This document shows positions 9,867 through 19,691 of a stretch of 64,000 nt of DNA, piece by piece. Source of the stretch: an uncultured Acidobacteriota bacterium. Its GTDB lineage: Bacteria; Acidobacteriota; Terriglobia; Acidiferrales; UBA7541. Position 1 is the first letter of the stretch, and the number at the start of each line of letters is the position of its first letter. A program made the position numbers and the translations under genes. The notes under the pieces are model-generated. The model made no database searches. It had not been told where the DNA came from and worked only from the letters and a program-made list of their open reading frames with translations. The stretch covers positions 270,196-334,195 of the forward strand of contig CAWJSH010000009.1 of the NCBI GenBank assembly GCA_963845465.1, read 5' to 3'.

Positions 9867-10894
9867 CGAGTTTTAGAAGTTCCTTTCGGCGGTAAATTTC
9901 CCTTCGAAATTTTAATTTGCGATTGGGTCGCAGAAGGCGAAGAGCCTTTGTGTTGCGTCGGCGTCGCGATAGGAGCCCGCCTTTGAAAGGGCGCAGCAGG
10001 GTAGGCCCCTGCGCGTCCTCTGAGGCAAGACTGTTGCACGTCGGCGCAGACTGCTACGAAGGTGGCGGCGTGGCGTTGGAGGATGAATTTTTCCATGGCG
10101 TTGGCGAAGCCTTCGTCTTCGCTGGAGGTGGTGACGTAGGTCGCGGATTTTTGCACTTCGGGGCTGGCTTGGCCCATGGCGATGCTAACGCCGCTTTTCA
10201 CGAACATGAGGACATCGTTGGGTTGATCGCCGATAGTGGCGATTTCGTCGGGCGGAATTTTTAGCAGATCCGACATGATTTTCACGACTTCGCCCTTGTT
10301 CGCTTTCGGATGCGTGACATCGAGATAGTACGGTTGCGAACGGGCGGCGGAGACGCTGTCGCCGCAGGCTTGCTGCACATCTTTTTCGCATTTGGCGACG
10401 CCTTCGAGATCGTCGCTGACGCCAACTACCTTTGCGACTTTATCGACGATGGATTCGAGTTTGTCGGTGACGACCGGCTCGAATTTTACGGTCCATTGTT
10501 CGCGCGCGACGTGAGCAGCTTTGACGTCGCGGACGAACCAGTCTTTGTCGGTGTAAATCCAGGCGTCGAGTTTGTGATCGAGGATCAGCTTCACGACTTT
10601 TTTAACGACGTCGGGAGGCAGGACATTTTGCTGCAGCACGGTTTTTAGATCGGGCTCGATGACGACGCCGCCGTTGAATGCGGCGATGGGCTCGTTGAGC
10701 TTGAGCGGCTCGATGAGCATGGCCATGCCTTTGGGCGGGCGGCCGCTGGTGATGGCGAATTGGATTCCGGCGTCGCGCATTTTCATGACGGAGTCGATGG
10801 CGCGCTGGGTGAGAATTTTGTCGTGCGTGACGAGAGTGCCGTCAACGTCGGCGATGACGAGTTTGATGGGCTTGTTCGAGGCTTGCGGCGGCAT
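9794..10894 (-). CDS. Cof-type HAD-IIB hydrolase; true stop probably near 10050
   Basis: IADVDGTL, ITSGRP, LDVTHPKANKG, IGDQPNDVLMF. About 80 aa of non-homologous-looking tail suggests a missed stop caused by an indel. Confidence 0.88.
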   Translation of the reverse strand: MPPQASNKPIKLVIADVDGTLVTHDKILTQRAIDSVMKMRDAGIQFAITSGRPPKGMAMLIEPLKLNEPIAAFNGGVVIEPDLKTVLQQNVLPPDVVKKVVKLILDHKLDAWIYTDKDWFVRDVKAAHVAREQWTVKFEPVVTDKLESIVDKVAKVVGVSDDLEGVAKCEKDVQQACGDSVSAARSQPYYLDVTHPKANKGEVVKIMSDLLKIPPDEIATIGDQPNDVLMFVKSGVSIAMGQASPEVQKSATYVTTSSEDEGFANAMEKFILQRHAATFVAVCADVQQSCLRGRAGAYPAAPFQRRAPIATPTQHKGSSPSATQSQIKISKGNLPPKGTSKTRYARANVFARAARNNSAAFCFGSP

Positions 10895-11044
10895 CGGGTT
10901 CCTTTATCGCGATGAATCGCGTTGTGGCCAGGAGGCAACGATTCAAAACAGAGATTAGCGCAAGATTTGGTGACGCTAGCCAGTTGGGGCGCAGCGTGCT
11001 GCGCCCCTACAAATTCGATGCGAGGCAGGCGTTTTGCTTGCGGG

Positions 11045-11818
11045 TCATTGCTCTTGGTAGTCCCAGGTTAGGCCGCCGTCGACGACGACGGTGGTGCCGG
11101 TCATGTAGTCGGAGTCGGAGGAGGCGAGGAATGCGGCGATGCCGGCTACGTCTTCCGGTTTGCCCAGGCGATTGAGCGGGATATTTTCGAGCAGCGGGCC
11201 CAGCTTTGCCGGATCGTTGAGCAAATTTTTGTTGATGGGGGTTTCGATCGCGCCGGGGGCGATGTTGTTGATGGTGATGCCGAGCGGCGCGAGCTCGATG
11301 GAAAGATTTCGCGTGAACATTTTGATGCCGCCTTTGCTGGCGCAGTAGGAAGTGAAATGCGGGAAGGGAAGCTCTTCGTGGACGCTGCTGATGTTGATGA
11401 TTTTTCCGCCGGCTTTGGCCTGGCGGCGATGATTGACGAAAGCTTGCGTGACGAAGAACGGGCCTTTGAGATTCACGTCGAGCACGAGATCGTAGTCGGC
11501 TTCGGTGACGTCCCAGAAATCGGCACGGCGTTCGAGGCCGGCGTTGTTGACGAGGATGTCGATGCGGCCGAGCGCGGCGACGGCTTCGGTGATGAATTTT
11601 TGGCCTTGCTCGACTTTGCCGACGTCGGCCTGGAACGCGGCGGCTTTGCGACCTAGCTTTTGCACGACACCGACGACTTCGTCGGCGCCGGCTTTGTTGG
11701 AGCGATAGCAGAGCGCGATGTCGGCGCCTTCATTCGCGAGACGTTCGACGATGGCGCGGCCGATGCCTTGGTCACCGCCGGTGATTGCCGCTACTTTTCC
11801 TTCAAGCCGATTGGCCAC
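11045..11818 (-). CDS. SDR oxidoreductase, glucose 1-dehydrogenase-like
   Basis: TGGDQGIG, VNNAG, INISSVHEELPFPHFTSYCASKGG. Confidence 0.9.
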   Translation of the reverse strand: MANRLEGKVAAITGGDQGIGRAIVERLANEGADIALCYRSNKAGADEVVGVVQKLGRKAAAFQADVGKVEQGQKFITEAVAALGRIDILVNNAGLERRADFWDVTEADYDLVLDVNLKGPFFVTQAFVNHRRQAKAGGKIINISSVHEELPFPHFTSYCASKGGIKMFTRNLSIELAPLGITINNIAPGAIETPINKNLLNDPAKLGPLLENIPLNRLGKPEDVAGIAAFLASSDSDYMTGTTVVVDGGLTWDYQEQ

Positions 11819-12160
11819 GTGGGTCTCCCGTGAAATCGTTATTCAGCAGTTCAGATGCGCGGTGGGGCAAATTGTTTCTGTGAATCTGAGCCGCTGCGAG
11901 GGTAATGGGCTCGCCGCATTGGAAGGTTGCGGCGTCGTTGCTGGCGCGTGAAGAAGGTGATTGGGTTCGCGGGGCTGTGGACTTCGCTTTGGATTCGCCT
12001 TCTGGGGGTATACCCCCTATGTTTTTGAAAGAGTGCGCAAGGCGTTTCGATTGAACAGGTTGCAGATCTACAGAAAACGGGAGTGTGGAAGTTGTTGAAA
12101 GGACGGGAGTAAGAGCGGGGCGTGGATGCGGTTTGAGTGGGAGGCGGGAGGTCATTTTGA

Positions 12161-12189
12161 AGCATAGCATGGAAAGTGTACTTTGTCAA
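12161..12189 (-). promoter_or_regulatory. sigma70-type promoter
   Basis: TTGACA-17 nt-TATGCT on the minus strand. Confidence 0.6.
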
Positions 12190-12406
12190 TAGCATTTAGC
12201 GAGTAGTACATTCGAATGGGGGTGAAATTGTTACGCGTTCGAATGGATAACGAAGAGAAAAGATAACGCAGAGGCGCGGAGGTCGCTGAGGAGCACGGAG
12301 AGCTGGCGGCCTTGCGAAAGACTTGAGGGGAAACCTTGCGGACATGGGGCGCAGCAGTGCTGCGCCCGTACGAAGATGGCGGGGTAAACCCGCCCCTACA
12401 AAACCA

Positions 12407-13477
12407 TCAGAGGCGGACGAGTTCGACGCGGCGGTTTTTGGCGCGTCCGTCCTCGGATTTGTTGGAGGCGATGGGGCGAGATTCGCCGTAACCTTTCGAA
12501 CTGAGGCGGCTGCGGTCGATGCCGTGGTCGGCGAGCCAGTTGGCGACGGCTTCGGCGCGGTCGGCGGAGAGTTTTTCGTTGGCTTCTTGGCCGCCGACGT
12601 TGTCGGTGAAGCCTTCGACGCGGATTTTCCAGTCGGGATTATTTTTCAGCGAAGTCAGGACGGTGTTCAGAGTGGCTTCGGAGTCGGGGGTGATGTCGGC
12701 TTTGCCGGTTTCGAAATGGAGATCATTGAGCGTCACGCGCGATTTTTTGGTGAGAGAGGCGTCGATATCGGCGCCTGTGCCGCGGCGGTATTTATTTAAC
12801 TCGGCGACCAGGGGTTTGGCGGCCGGAGGAGTTGCGGCTTCGCCGGAAAGAATCTGGCGATTCGAAATCTTCTGGCCGTAGAGCTTTTCGTTTTCGCTGT
12901 TGTCGGGGCGGAGGGTCGAGCCTTCGAGAGAGACGCCGGCGAAGAGGCCGCGCGAGCGTGACCACGAGATGATTTCGGAGTGGAGAAGGATGTCGGTGTT
13001 GGCGCTGGCGTTGCGGCCGACGGGACCAGCGGTGGCTTGGGCTTCGCCGCCGATGGTGAATTTGTCGGAGAGCAGTTTTCTCATGCCGCTCTTATTCATG
13101 ATGAGCATGTAGACGTCGGTCGAAGAGCCGCCGATTTGGAGGCCGTAGCTGCCGCCTTCGATACGGATCGAGGCTGGAGAGCCGAAACGGCCTGAGCTGT
13201 TGCGGCAGGAGACGTAACCGCGGCCATATTTGCCGCCGACGATAAAGGCGGCCTTTAACACGTCGGGAATAATGACGACGCAGCGGGCTTTATTGTAGAG
13301 GTCGCGCGGGATGCCTTTGTCGGGGGCGTTCATGACTTCGTCGATGGAGGCGGTGGCGTTTTCGAGGCGCTTGTCGGGCGTCATTGCGGCGTCCTGGGCT
13401 TTGGCAGGCGCGGCGACGACAAGTGCTATTGCGAGAGAGATTAGAGATGCGACGGTTCGGATGTCTGTTTTGGGCAT
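12407..13477 (-). CDS. Exported SYLF/Ysc84-like domain fused to a C-terminal OmpA-like peptidoglycan-binding domain
   Basis: Signal peptide; KAAFIVGGKYGRG, GGSYGLQIGG, SRSRGLFAGVSLEG; then LHFETGK, VEGFTDNVG, LSADRAEAV, NRRVELV. Confidence 0.88.
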   Translation of the reverse strand: MPKTDIRTVASLISLAIALVVAAPAKAQDAAMTPDKRLENATASIDEVMNAPDKGIPRDLYNKARCVVIIPDVLKAAFIVGGKYGRGYVSCRNSSGRFGSPASIRIEGGSYGLQIGGSSTDVYMLIMNKSGMRKLLSDKFTIGGEAQATAGPVGRNASANTDILLHSEIISWSRSRGLFAGVSLEGSTLRPDNSENEKLYGQKISNRQILSGEAATPPAAKPLVAELNKYRRGTGADIDASLTKKSRVTLNDLHFETGKADITPDSEATLNTVLTSLKNNPDWKIRVEGFTDNVGGQEANEKLSADRAEAVANWLADHGIDRSRLSSKGYGESRPIASNKSEDGRAKNRRVELVRL

Positions 13478-13641
13478 TAGAGCTCCTCAGGGTTGCTGAA
13501 TGATAGATGATTGGCGGCGCTTGGCGGATAGGTTGTTCCATGTAGATTTGATGGGGTTGCGTTCTGGAGGGGGGAAGAAAAAGATAACGCAGAGGCGCAG
13601 AGGGCGCGGAGTTACGCGGAGGCACTGTGGGAGATTGCGGG

Positions 13642-15429
13642 TCAGCGCTTGGAGATTGGTTGTGGGGAGAGTTGGGAGCGGGATTCGGTGATTTCGTAGA
13701 AGTGGTCGGCGGGGACGTTTTGAAAGGTCTGGTGGGCGCCGCTGGGCCAGGTGACTTCGACGGTTTCGATTTTGGTGGCGTCGCCGAGGCCGAAGTTGGC
13801 GCGGAGATCGCTTTGGGACAAGTAGCTGCCGCCGCCGGCGATTTCGCGGATCTGGTTTATGCCGCCCAGCAGTGATTTTGATACGGGCGCCGATGGCGTC
13901 GCGATTGGATTTTGTGCCGACCAATTTGAAATTCGCGAAATGATTTTTGTGTAGCGCGTTGTTGTGGAGGAGTGTCGGCGGATCGCCGTTGTTGGCGACC
14001 AGGACGTCGATGTAGCCATCATTGTCGAAATCGCCGAAGGCGACGCCGCGCGCGGCGCGCGGGGAACGGCGGTCAGGCCGCCGGGGATGGTGACGTCGGT
14101 GAATTTGGTCCCTCCGAGTTCGTTGTGAAAGAGAGAATTGTGCTGCTTGTAGCGCGTCTCGGTGGAGACTTGTTCGATCTCGGGATAGACGTGGCCGTTA
14201 CCGATGAAGATGTCGAGCCAGCCGTCGTTGTCGTAGTCGAGAAAGCCGCCGCCAAAGCTGAGAACGTCTTTCGTGGCAAGGGTGATGCCGGTTTCATCGC
14301 TGACTTCGTCGAAGTAGCCTTTGCCGGAGTTGCGCCAGACGTGATCTGAATTTTTCTGGAAGTCGGAAATGTAGAGGTCGAGCCAGCCGTCGTTGTTGAA
14401 GTCGCCGAGCGAGATGCACATCGAGGCCATCATCTGGCCGTGCGTGTTGTAGGCCATGCCAGCGATCTCTGCCATTTCTCGAAATTTGCCGTTGTGGAGA
14501 TTTTCGTAGAGATAGGCGGGCTGACCGTCGTTGGCGACGAAAATATCCTGCCAACCTTGATTGTCCCAATCGGCTGCGCCGACGGAGAGATTTTTGCCGT
14601 CGGGCTGAAAAACTTTGGAAGATGCGGTGACGTTGGTGAAGGTGCCGTTTCCATTGTTGTGGTAGAGCGCGTTGGGGCTGCCGTGGTAGACGGCTGGAGC
14701 GCAACTGGATTTAATGCCGCCGATGTCGCAATAACGCTGCGCCTTTGGGCCGAGATCGACGTAGCTGCCGACGTAGAGATCGAGTTTGCCGTCGTGATCG
14801 TAGTCGAGGAAAACGGCGCCCGCGTGGAATGCGCCGGCTTCCAGGCCGGCGACTCCGGCCTTTTTCGTGACGTCGGTGAACGTGCCGTCGCCATTGTTGT
14901 GATAGAGGACGTTGGCGCCGAACTGCGAGACGAAGAGATCGGGATAGCCGTCGTTGTCGTAGTCGCCCCAGACGCAGCCGAGTCCGTAATTGGTGCCGGG
15001 AACGCCGGCGGCGTCGGTGACATCGGTGAAGGTGCCGTCGCCATTGTTGCGATAGAGCGCGTTTTTGACGGAGATGCCGCGGTTGTAGCGATCGCGTCCG
15101 TTGACGAAGTAGATGTCTTGCCAGCCGTCTTTGTCGTAGTCGGAGACACAAGCGCCGGGGCCGAATTCCTCGAGATTGATGGAGACGCCGTCGTTGCCTT
15201 TGAAGTGGGTGAAGTGGATTCCGGCGGCGGTGGTTATGTCGGTGAATTCGGGTGGGAGGCGGACTGGTCCTGCGGCTGCGTCGCGGCGGGAAGTGCTGCG
15301 AGCAGAACGGATGTCGCCGAAAGCACGACACAAAAAAATGAAAGCGTGCATGGCAAGAATGACTTGCCACGCGAGTTGAATTTCAATTTGGGCCCGTGCG
15401 TTACCTGCGAGGTCTCTCCGGATGCGCAA
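13642..15429 (-). CDS. CRTAC1-family / ASPIC-UnbV protein 2, with compensating frameshifts (~14055, ~13870); start uncertain
   Basis: DYDKDGWQD and DYDNDGYPD repeats; GGGSYLSQSDLRANFGLG. The segment VGTKSNRDAIGARI lies in the alternative frame. Confidence 0.85.
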   Translation of the reverse strand: MRIRRDLAGNARAQIEIQLAWQVILAMHAFIFLCRAFGDIRSARSTSRRDAAAGPVRLPPEFTDITTAAGIHFTHFKGNDGVSINLEEFGPGACVSDYDKDGWQDIYFVNGRDRYNRGISVKNALYRNNGDGTFTDVTDAAGVPGTNYGLGCVWGDYDNDGYPDLFVSQFGANVLYHNNGDGTFTDVTKKAGVAGLEAGAFHAGAVFLDYDHDGKLDLYVGSYVDLGPKAQRYCDIGGIKSSCAPAVYHGSPNALYHNNGNGTFTNVTASSKVFQPDGKNLSVGAADWDNQGWQDIFVANDGQPAYLYENLHNGKFREMAEIAGMAYNTHGQMMASMCISLGDFNNDGWLDLYISDFQKNSDHVWRNSGKGYFDEVSDETGITLATKDVLSFGGGFLDYDNDGWLDIFIGNGHVYPEIEQVSTETRYKQHNSLFHNELGGTKFTDVTIPGGLTAVPRAPRAASPSAISTMMATSTSWSPTTAIRRHSSTTTRYTKIISRISNWSAQNPIATPSAPVSKSLLGGINQIREIAGGGSYLSQSDLRANFGLGDATKIETVEVTWPSGAHQTFQNVPADHFYEITESRSQLSPQPISKR

Positions 15430-15798
15430 ACGATTGCGACGCCGTGAAGGCGTGGTCGTGGGCGAATCCCCTGGCGGGAACGCTAGTTCAGAATTTTAGG
15501 TACGACACCCAACTGCGAGGTAATGGGTGAGATATAGCGAAGGCGCGGGGAGATATCAAGCGGGATTTTGATGTGGCGGTGATTTCGGGCGCCGGGCTGG
15601 GCGTGGTCGAGGCGATCGGTGGTGACTCGACGTGGTGAGGCGGTGCGGATAGTGTTGCAAAAGCGGCGCGGCAGCGCCGCACTCCATATTGATCATGCCG
15701 GAGGATGGATCGGAGGGCTTCGCGATGCGGCGGCGAAGGTCAGGTGAAACGCTTGTTGAATGAATCGAAAAGTTAAATAGGAAATTTGTTGAATGCAC

Positions 15799-15826
15799 TT
15801 GACTCGATTGCGCGCGGCGCTAGAGT
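15799..15826 (+). promoter_or_regulatory. sigma70-type promoter of an orphan small transcript
   Basis: TTGACT-16 nt-TAGAGT, preceded by an AT-rich UP-like tract. Confidence 0.5.
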
Positions 15827-15832
15827 GAGCTT

Positions 15833-15943
15833 GTGGTATCCACGTTCCTGTGGAGACAGGAGGTGATCCCTGAGGTATAAGTCGAATTAGGATGTAGGTT
15901 GAGGGGCGCTCGTGAGTTTGACCGAGCGCCCTTCGGCTTTTTC
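15833..15943 (+). ncRNA. Candidate small RNA or micro-ORF transcript
   Basis: Lies between a promoter and a terminator-like hairpin; both flanking genes are on the minus strand. Contains AGGAGGTGATCC (15858-15869) and a TCCTGT-GGAG-ACAGGA hairpin. Confidence 0.4.
15901..15943 (+). terminator. Intrinsic terminator-like hairpin
   Basis: GAGGGGCGCTCG / CGAGCGCCCTTC stem followed by GGCTTTTT. Confidence 0.55.
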
Positions 15944-16011
15944 TGAGGATGTAGCGCGCGGATCGTTTTATTTGTTCCAGCGACCGCAAAACCGCCGGCA
16001 GGATGCTGGCG

Positions 16012-17603
16012 CTACCAAGCGCCTTCTTTGCGGCCCCACCACCAGAGTAAGCCTACCGTGGCGGTTGTCTGATGCTTCAAGAGCAAGCCTTGTGTGTCGG
16101 ATAAAAATGACGGCTGATTCGAATAGTCGCGGCGCCATTCATAGCGCATGAGGAAGCCGTCGGCGAATTTGTAGTCGAAGGTGACGGTGTTCTCTTTGAG
16201 CGCTTGCGTGATGCCGCTGAAGAGGCCGCCGCGGTCGGAGAGATATTCGGCGCGCGTGGCGAAGGTCATGCGCGGCGTGAATTGATATTGAAGATAGGCG
16301 GCGCCGCCGACGACGTGTTGAGGCGCGGCGGATTCGCCGGGCGCTTGATCGCGCCAGAGTCGCTGGAGGAAGTAGTCGCCTTCGAGGGCGACGGTGAGTT
16401 TTGGCGTGGGCTGCCAGGTGACGTAGTTGTCGAAGATGTGCGTGCGGCCGTTGGGCGCAGGGCGGATGGCGATGAAATCGAGACCGGGCTGGACGGGGAT
16501 CGGATTTGTGGGAGTCGCGGAGACTTCGCGATCGGGATGCTCCTGGCCGAGATAGTAGTTTGAGGTCCAGGTGATCGTTTTCGTGGGTTTGTAGACGAAG
16601 CCGAAGAGTTCGTCTTTGAAGCCGTTGGTGGCTTCGACCTGATTGGTGCCGTTGACGACCCAATAGTTGATCGTGAATTTGTCGGAAACCGGGAGGCTCG
16701 CGCGAATGCCCATGTGATAGAAGGGCAGGAAGTCGAAGAAGAACGAGCGCGAGTAGTTCATTTGGTCTTTGGTGTAGTTGCCTTCGATGCCGAGCGAGCT
16801 GCCCCATTTTCCGAAATCGATTTCGAGGCCTTTGCCGATCGGCGCGATGTAGGTGCCGTAGGCCTGGAAAATGTTGCGATAGATGTCGGGGCGCGGCTCG
16901 TTGTTGGGGTTGCCTTGCAGCGTGTCGGTGGCCTGGCCGAATTGGAGGTCGAGGCGTCCGCCCCAGCGGCGGCCGTCGGCGACGTCGGCGGGATGATCGA
17001 AGATGACGTCGGCTTGGTTGAGGCTGAACTCGTTGCTGAGGACGTCGTAGGCGCGGAGGAGATTGACGCGGCCGACGGGGGCGTTGAAGTTGTAGTCGTA
17101 GTAGCCGTCGAGCGCGACATTGATGGTGGTGCCGTGGAGGAAGGAGAGAGTTTTGGAGTCGTCGGGCAAGAGGGCGGATGTCGTTGGGGCGGCGGCTTGA
17201 GTAGGCGACGCGGCTGGATACTGCGGCGTAACTGGTGCCGCTGTGGCGGCGGAGATGGTTGCGATCGGGTCTGGTGTTGGAGCTGCGGATTCGGGGGGCG
17301 TTGTGGGCAAGACGGGCGCTGAAGCGAGAACCAGGCGTGGTTGAGACGTGGAGGCCGGGGCATTCGCTTGCAGTTGATGAACGGCGGCTTTGAGCTCAGC
17401 GACTTCGGCTTCGAGCGTGGAGATGCGTTGCTGCATGGATTGCGGGGATTCCGCGGTGGTGTCGGGCGAATTTGCCGGCCGGGTTTGTGCGTTCGCGGAG
17501 GCGGCCACGAGAAATAGTAGGGTGGCTGCCGCTTGCAGCGCTCTCGCCAGTGCGTGCGAACGTAGCTCGTCCGATTGAGCGGATGCGCAGTCTGATTTCT
17601 CAC
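16012..17603 (-). CDS. Outer-membrane beta-barrel porin (BBP2/OmpL-like) with coiled-coil and Pro/Ala-rich N-terminus; start uncertain
   Basis: DGYYDYNFN, GRLDLQFG, IFQAYGTY, DFGKWGSSLGIEG, RYEWRRDYS, aromatic C-terminal W. GGAGG-GTG at 17603 is in a neighbouring frame; the in-frame GTG is at 17508. Confidence 0.8.
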
Positions 17604-17757
17604 AACGTCCTCCAGGCTGGCCGTTCTTCGCGAGAGCGAAGAGGCACTCAGTGTGCTTGCCAGCCTACGCCGAATGACATAAAGAAACCGATAGGTTCCG
17701 CCGGATTTTCGAGGCGATTCCTGTGGCAGGGTTCGTAAACCGGGGTAACCTCGCAGC

Positions 17758-17792
17758 AAAAAAAAGCCCCGCCGTAATACATCGGGCGGGGC
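17758..17792 (-). terminator. Intrinsic terminator after the fasciclin gene
   Basis: GCCCCGCC...GGCGGGGC stem followed by a T8 run on the minus strand. Confidence 0.8.
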
Positions 17793-17811
17793 CTTGCTGC
17801 GTTGGGGGAAC

Positions 17812-18324
17812 TTACTTTGGCATGAGGACGGTGTCGATCACGTGGATCACGCCGTTGGAGCACATGATGTCGGCCTTCGTTACGGTCGCATCATTGATCT
17901 TCACCATGCCGCCGTCGGTGCTGATGGCGAGCGACTGGCCGTTTACGGTCTTTGCGGAATTCAGCTTCATGGCCTGAGCTGCAGTCACTTTGCCGGCAAC
18001 GACGTGATAGGTGAGGATGGCGATGAGTTTCTGCTTATTTTCCGGCTTGAGGAGCTCGTCGACGGTGCCTGCGGGAAGCTTTGCGAAAGCGTCGTCCGTA
18101 GGCGCGAAGACCGTGAACGGGCCTTTGCCCTTTAGAGTATCGACAAGCCCCGCCGCTTTTAGCGCGGCGACGAGAGTCTTGAACGAGCCAGCGGCGACGG
18201 CAGTGTCGACGATATCCTGCGAACCGGGTTTGGGATTGGCGTACGCTGCGGTTGAGAGGACCAAGAGCAGGGCTGCTGCCGCCAACGAAACCAACCTTCT
18301 CACTACATTTGAACCTGCGATCAT
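17812..18324 (-). CDS. Secreted fasciclin (FAS1) domain protein
   Basis: Signal peptide; [33 protein letters not shown]. Confidence 0.95.
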   Translation of the reverse strand: MIAGSNVVRRLVSLAAAALLLVLSTAAYANPKPGSQDIVDTAVAAGSFKTLVAALKAAGLVDTLKGKGPFTVFAPTDDAFAKLPAGTVDELLKPENKQKLIAILTYHVVAGKVTAAQAMKLNSAKTVNGQSLAISTDGGMVKINDATVTKADIMCSNGVIHVIDTVLMPK

Positions 18325-18551
18325 TCTGTTTCTCCTTTGTGATGCGAATCTGGTTTAAAACCCGGCGCTAGCCTCCAGCGGAGCGATGCGCCTTGGAGTT
18401 CGGCTCGCCCGAGCCGTCCCGATGGATAGTACGTTTAACTTAAGAGAAAAGATGTTTGACAGATGAGAAAAACAGCAAGACACTGAAAGTCGAGTGAGCG
18501 CAGGTCAAAATTTGCGGACTGGCTTTTCGCGCTGGTTAAAAGGGAGATCCG

Positions 18552-19142
18552 ATGCTGTCGGAGTCGCTGAAAAAGGGAATTCAGAGATACGCGATCGGAG
18601 ACAAGCTGCGTGCGCTACGTCTGAAGAAAAAAATGGGGTTGGTCGAGCTGGGCGGACACACGGGACTTTCGGCGGCCATGCTTTCCAAGGTCGAGCGAGG
18701 GAAATTGTTTCCGACGCTGCCGACGCTATTACGCATCGCCATGGTATTCAGCGTCGGGCTGGAATATTTTTTTGCGGACGAATCGAAACGGCACGTGCTG
18801 GCGATCGTGAGGCGCAAGGAGCGGAAGCGATTTCCGGAGCGGCCGGACGGACGGGACATTTCGTTTCACTTTGAATCGCTGGATTTCGCGGCGGTAGATC
18901 GCAAGCTGGACGCCTATTACGCGGAGTTCCAGCCGCTCCCGCCGGGCAGGGCGCGAAGACATCACCATGGCGGAGTGGAGTTTTTGTCGGTGTTGCACGG
19001 GCAGCTAGAGATGCGGGTCGGGAACGAAGACCATGTGCTCGACGCGGGGGATTCGATTTATTTCGACTCCTCGCAGCCTCACTCGTATCGGCGCATCAGC
19101 AAGAAGCGATGCTCGGCGATCGTGGTGACTACGGCAGGGTGA
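18552..19142 (+). CDS. XRE-family HTH + cupin transcriptional regulator
   Basis: IGDKLRALRLKK...LSAAMLSKVERGK; C-terminal HHGGVEFLSVLHG, GDSIYFDSSQPHSY. Confidence 0.92.
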   Translation: MLSESLKKGIQRYAIGDKLRALRLKKKMGLVELGGHTGLSAAMLSKVERGKLFPTLPTLLRIAMVFSVGLEYFFADESKRHVLAIVRRKERKRFPERPDGRDISFHFESLDFAAVDRKLDAYYAEFQPLPPGRARRHHHGGVEFLSVLHGQLEMRVGNEDHVLDAGDSIYFDSSQPHSYRRISKKRCSAIVVTTAG

Positions 19143-19208
19143 GGCCGATGCGCTAGTCAGCCAACGCTGAAAGACATAGGGAAACTGATAGGTTGCAGGT
19201 GGAATTTT

Positions 19209-19691
19209 TTAGCTGTTTTCCAATAGTTTGAGGAAGTCTCGCTCAAGTCGTGGAGTCGTTCGAAAGTTGGTCTCGGAGGTCAATCGGCGATATGCGTCGA
19301 GAGCCTTGACTAGTCCCCGTTGATCAGCTTGAGCCAACACGCCGAGCGTTCCCATGGCCCTCAATCGTCTTCGGGCAGCTTCGGCTCGGCCTCGCTTTTC
19401 ATCCATAAGGAGTAGATTTGCACTCAGCTCCTCCGCGAGGAGGATCGCTTCACGCTCCCCGTCTCCCAGATTCTGAAGGTAAGGATCGTCGGATGCCGAC
19501 GCACGCTTCAACTCGACCCATCCAGGCAGATTTGTCGCCCAATCAAGAACGACTTGCGGAGCCGCACCATGCGTAAGCTCGAGCAAAACAGTTTTTGGAA
19601 TAATTACACGCGAGAATAGCGCCTGAAGGAGCGCATCGCACTTAATCTGGATGAGATAGTTTAAAGGACCGGTATCGGCGACAACGATCAT
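19209..19691 (-). CDS. DUF3368-like PIN-domain toxin
   Basis: IVVADTGPLNYL, LGDGEREAILLA, LLMDEKRGR, GTLGVL. Confidence 0.85.
   Translation of the reverse strand: MIVVADTGPLNYLIQIKCDALLQALFSRVIIPKTVLLELTHGAAPQVVLDWATNLPGWVELKRASASDDPYLQNLGDGEREAILLAEELSANLLLMDEKRGRAEAARRRLRAMGTLGVLAQADQRGLVKALDAYRRLTSETNFRTTPRLERDFLKLLENS

Noticed and set aside
9794-10050. Long C-terminal extension on the Cof HAD
   Set aside because: It is low-information sequence running antisense into rpe; probably a lost stop caused by an indel.
15858-15869. 16S rRNA gene fragment
   Set aside because: Only 12 nt match, and the flanks do not continue as rRNA (CAGCC is absent). Treated as a motif instead.
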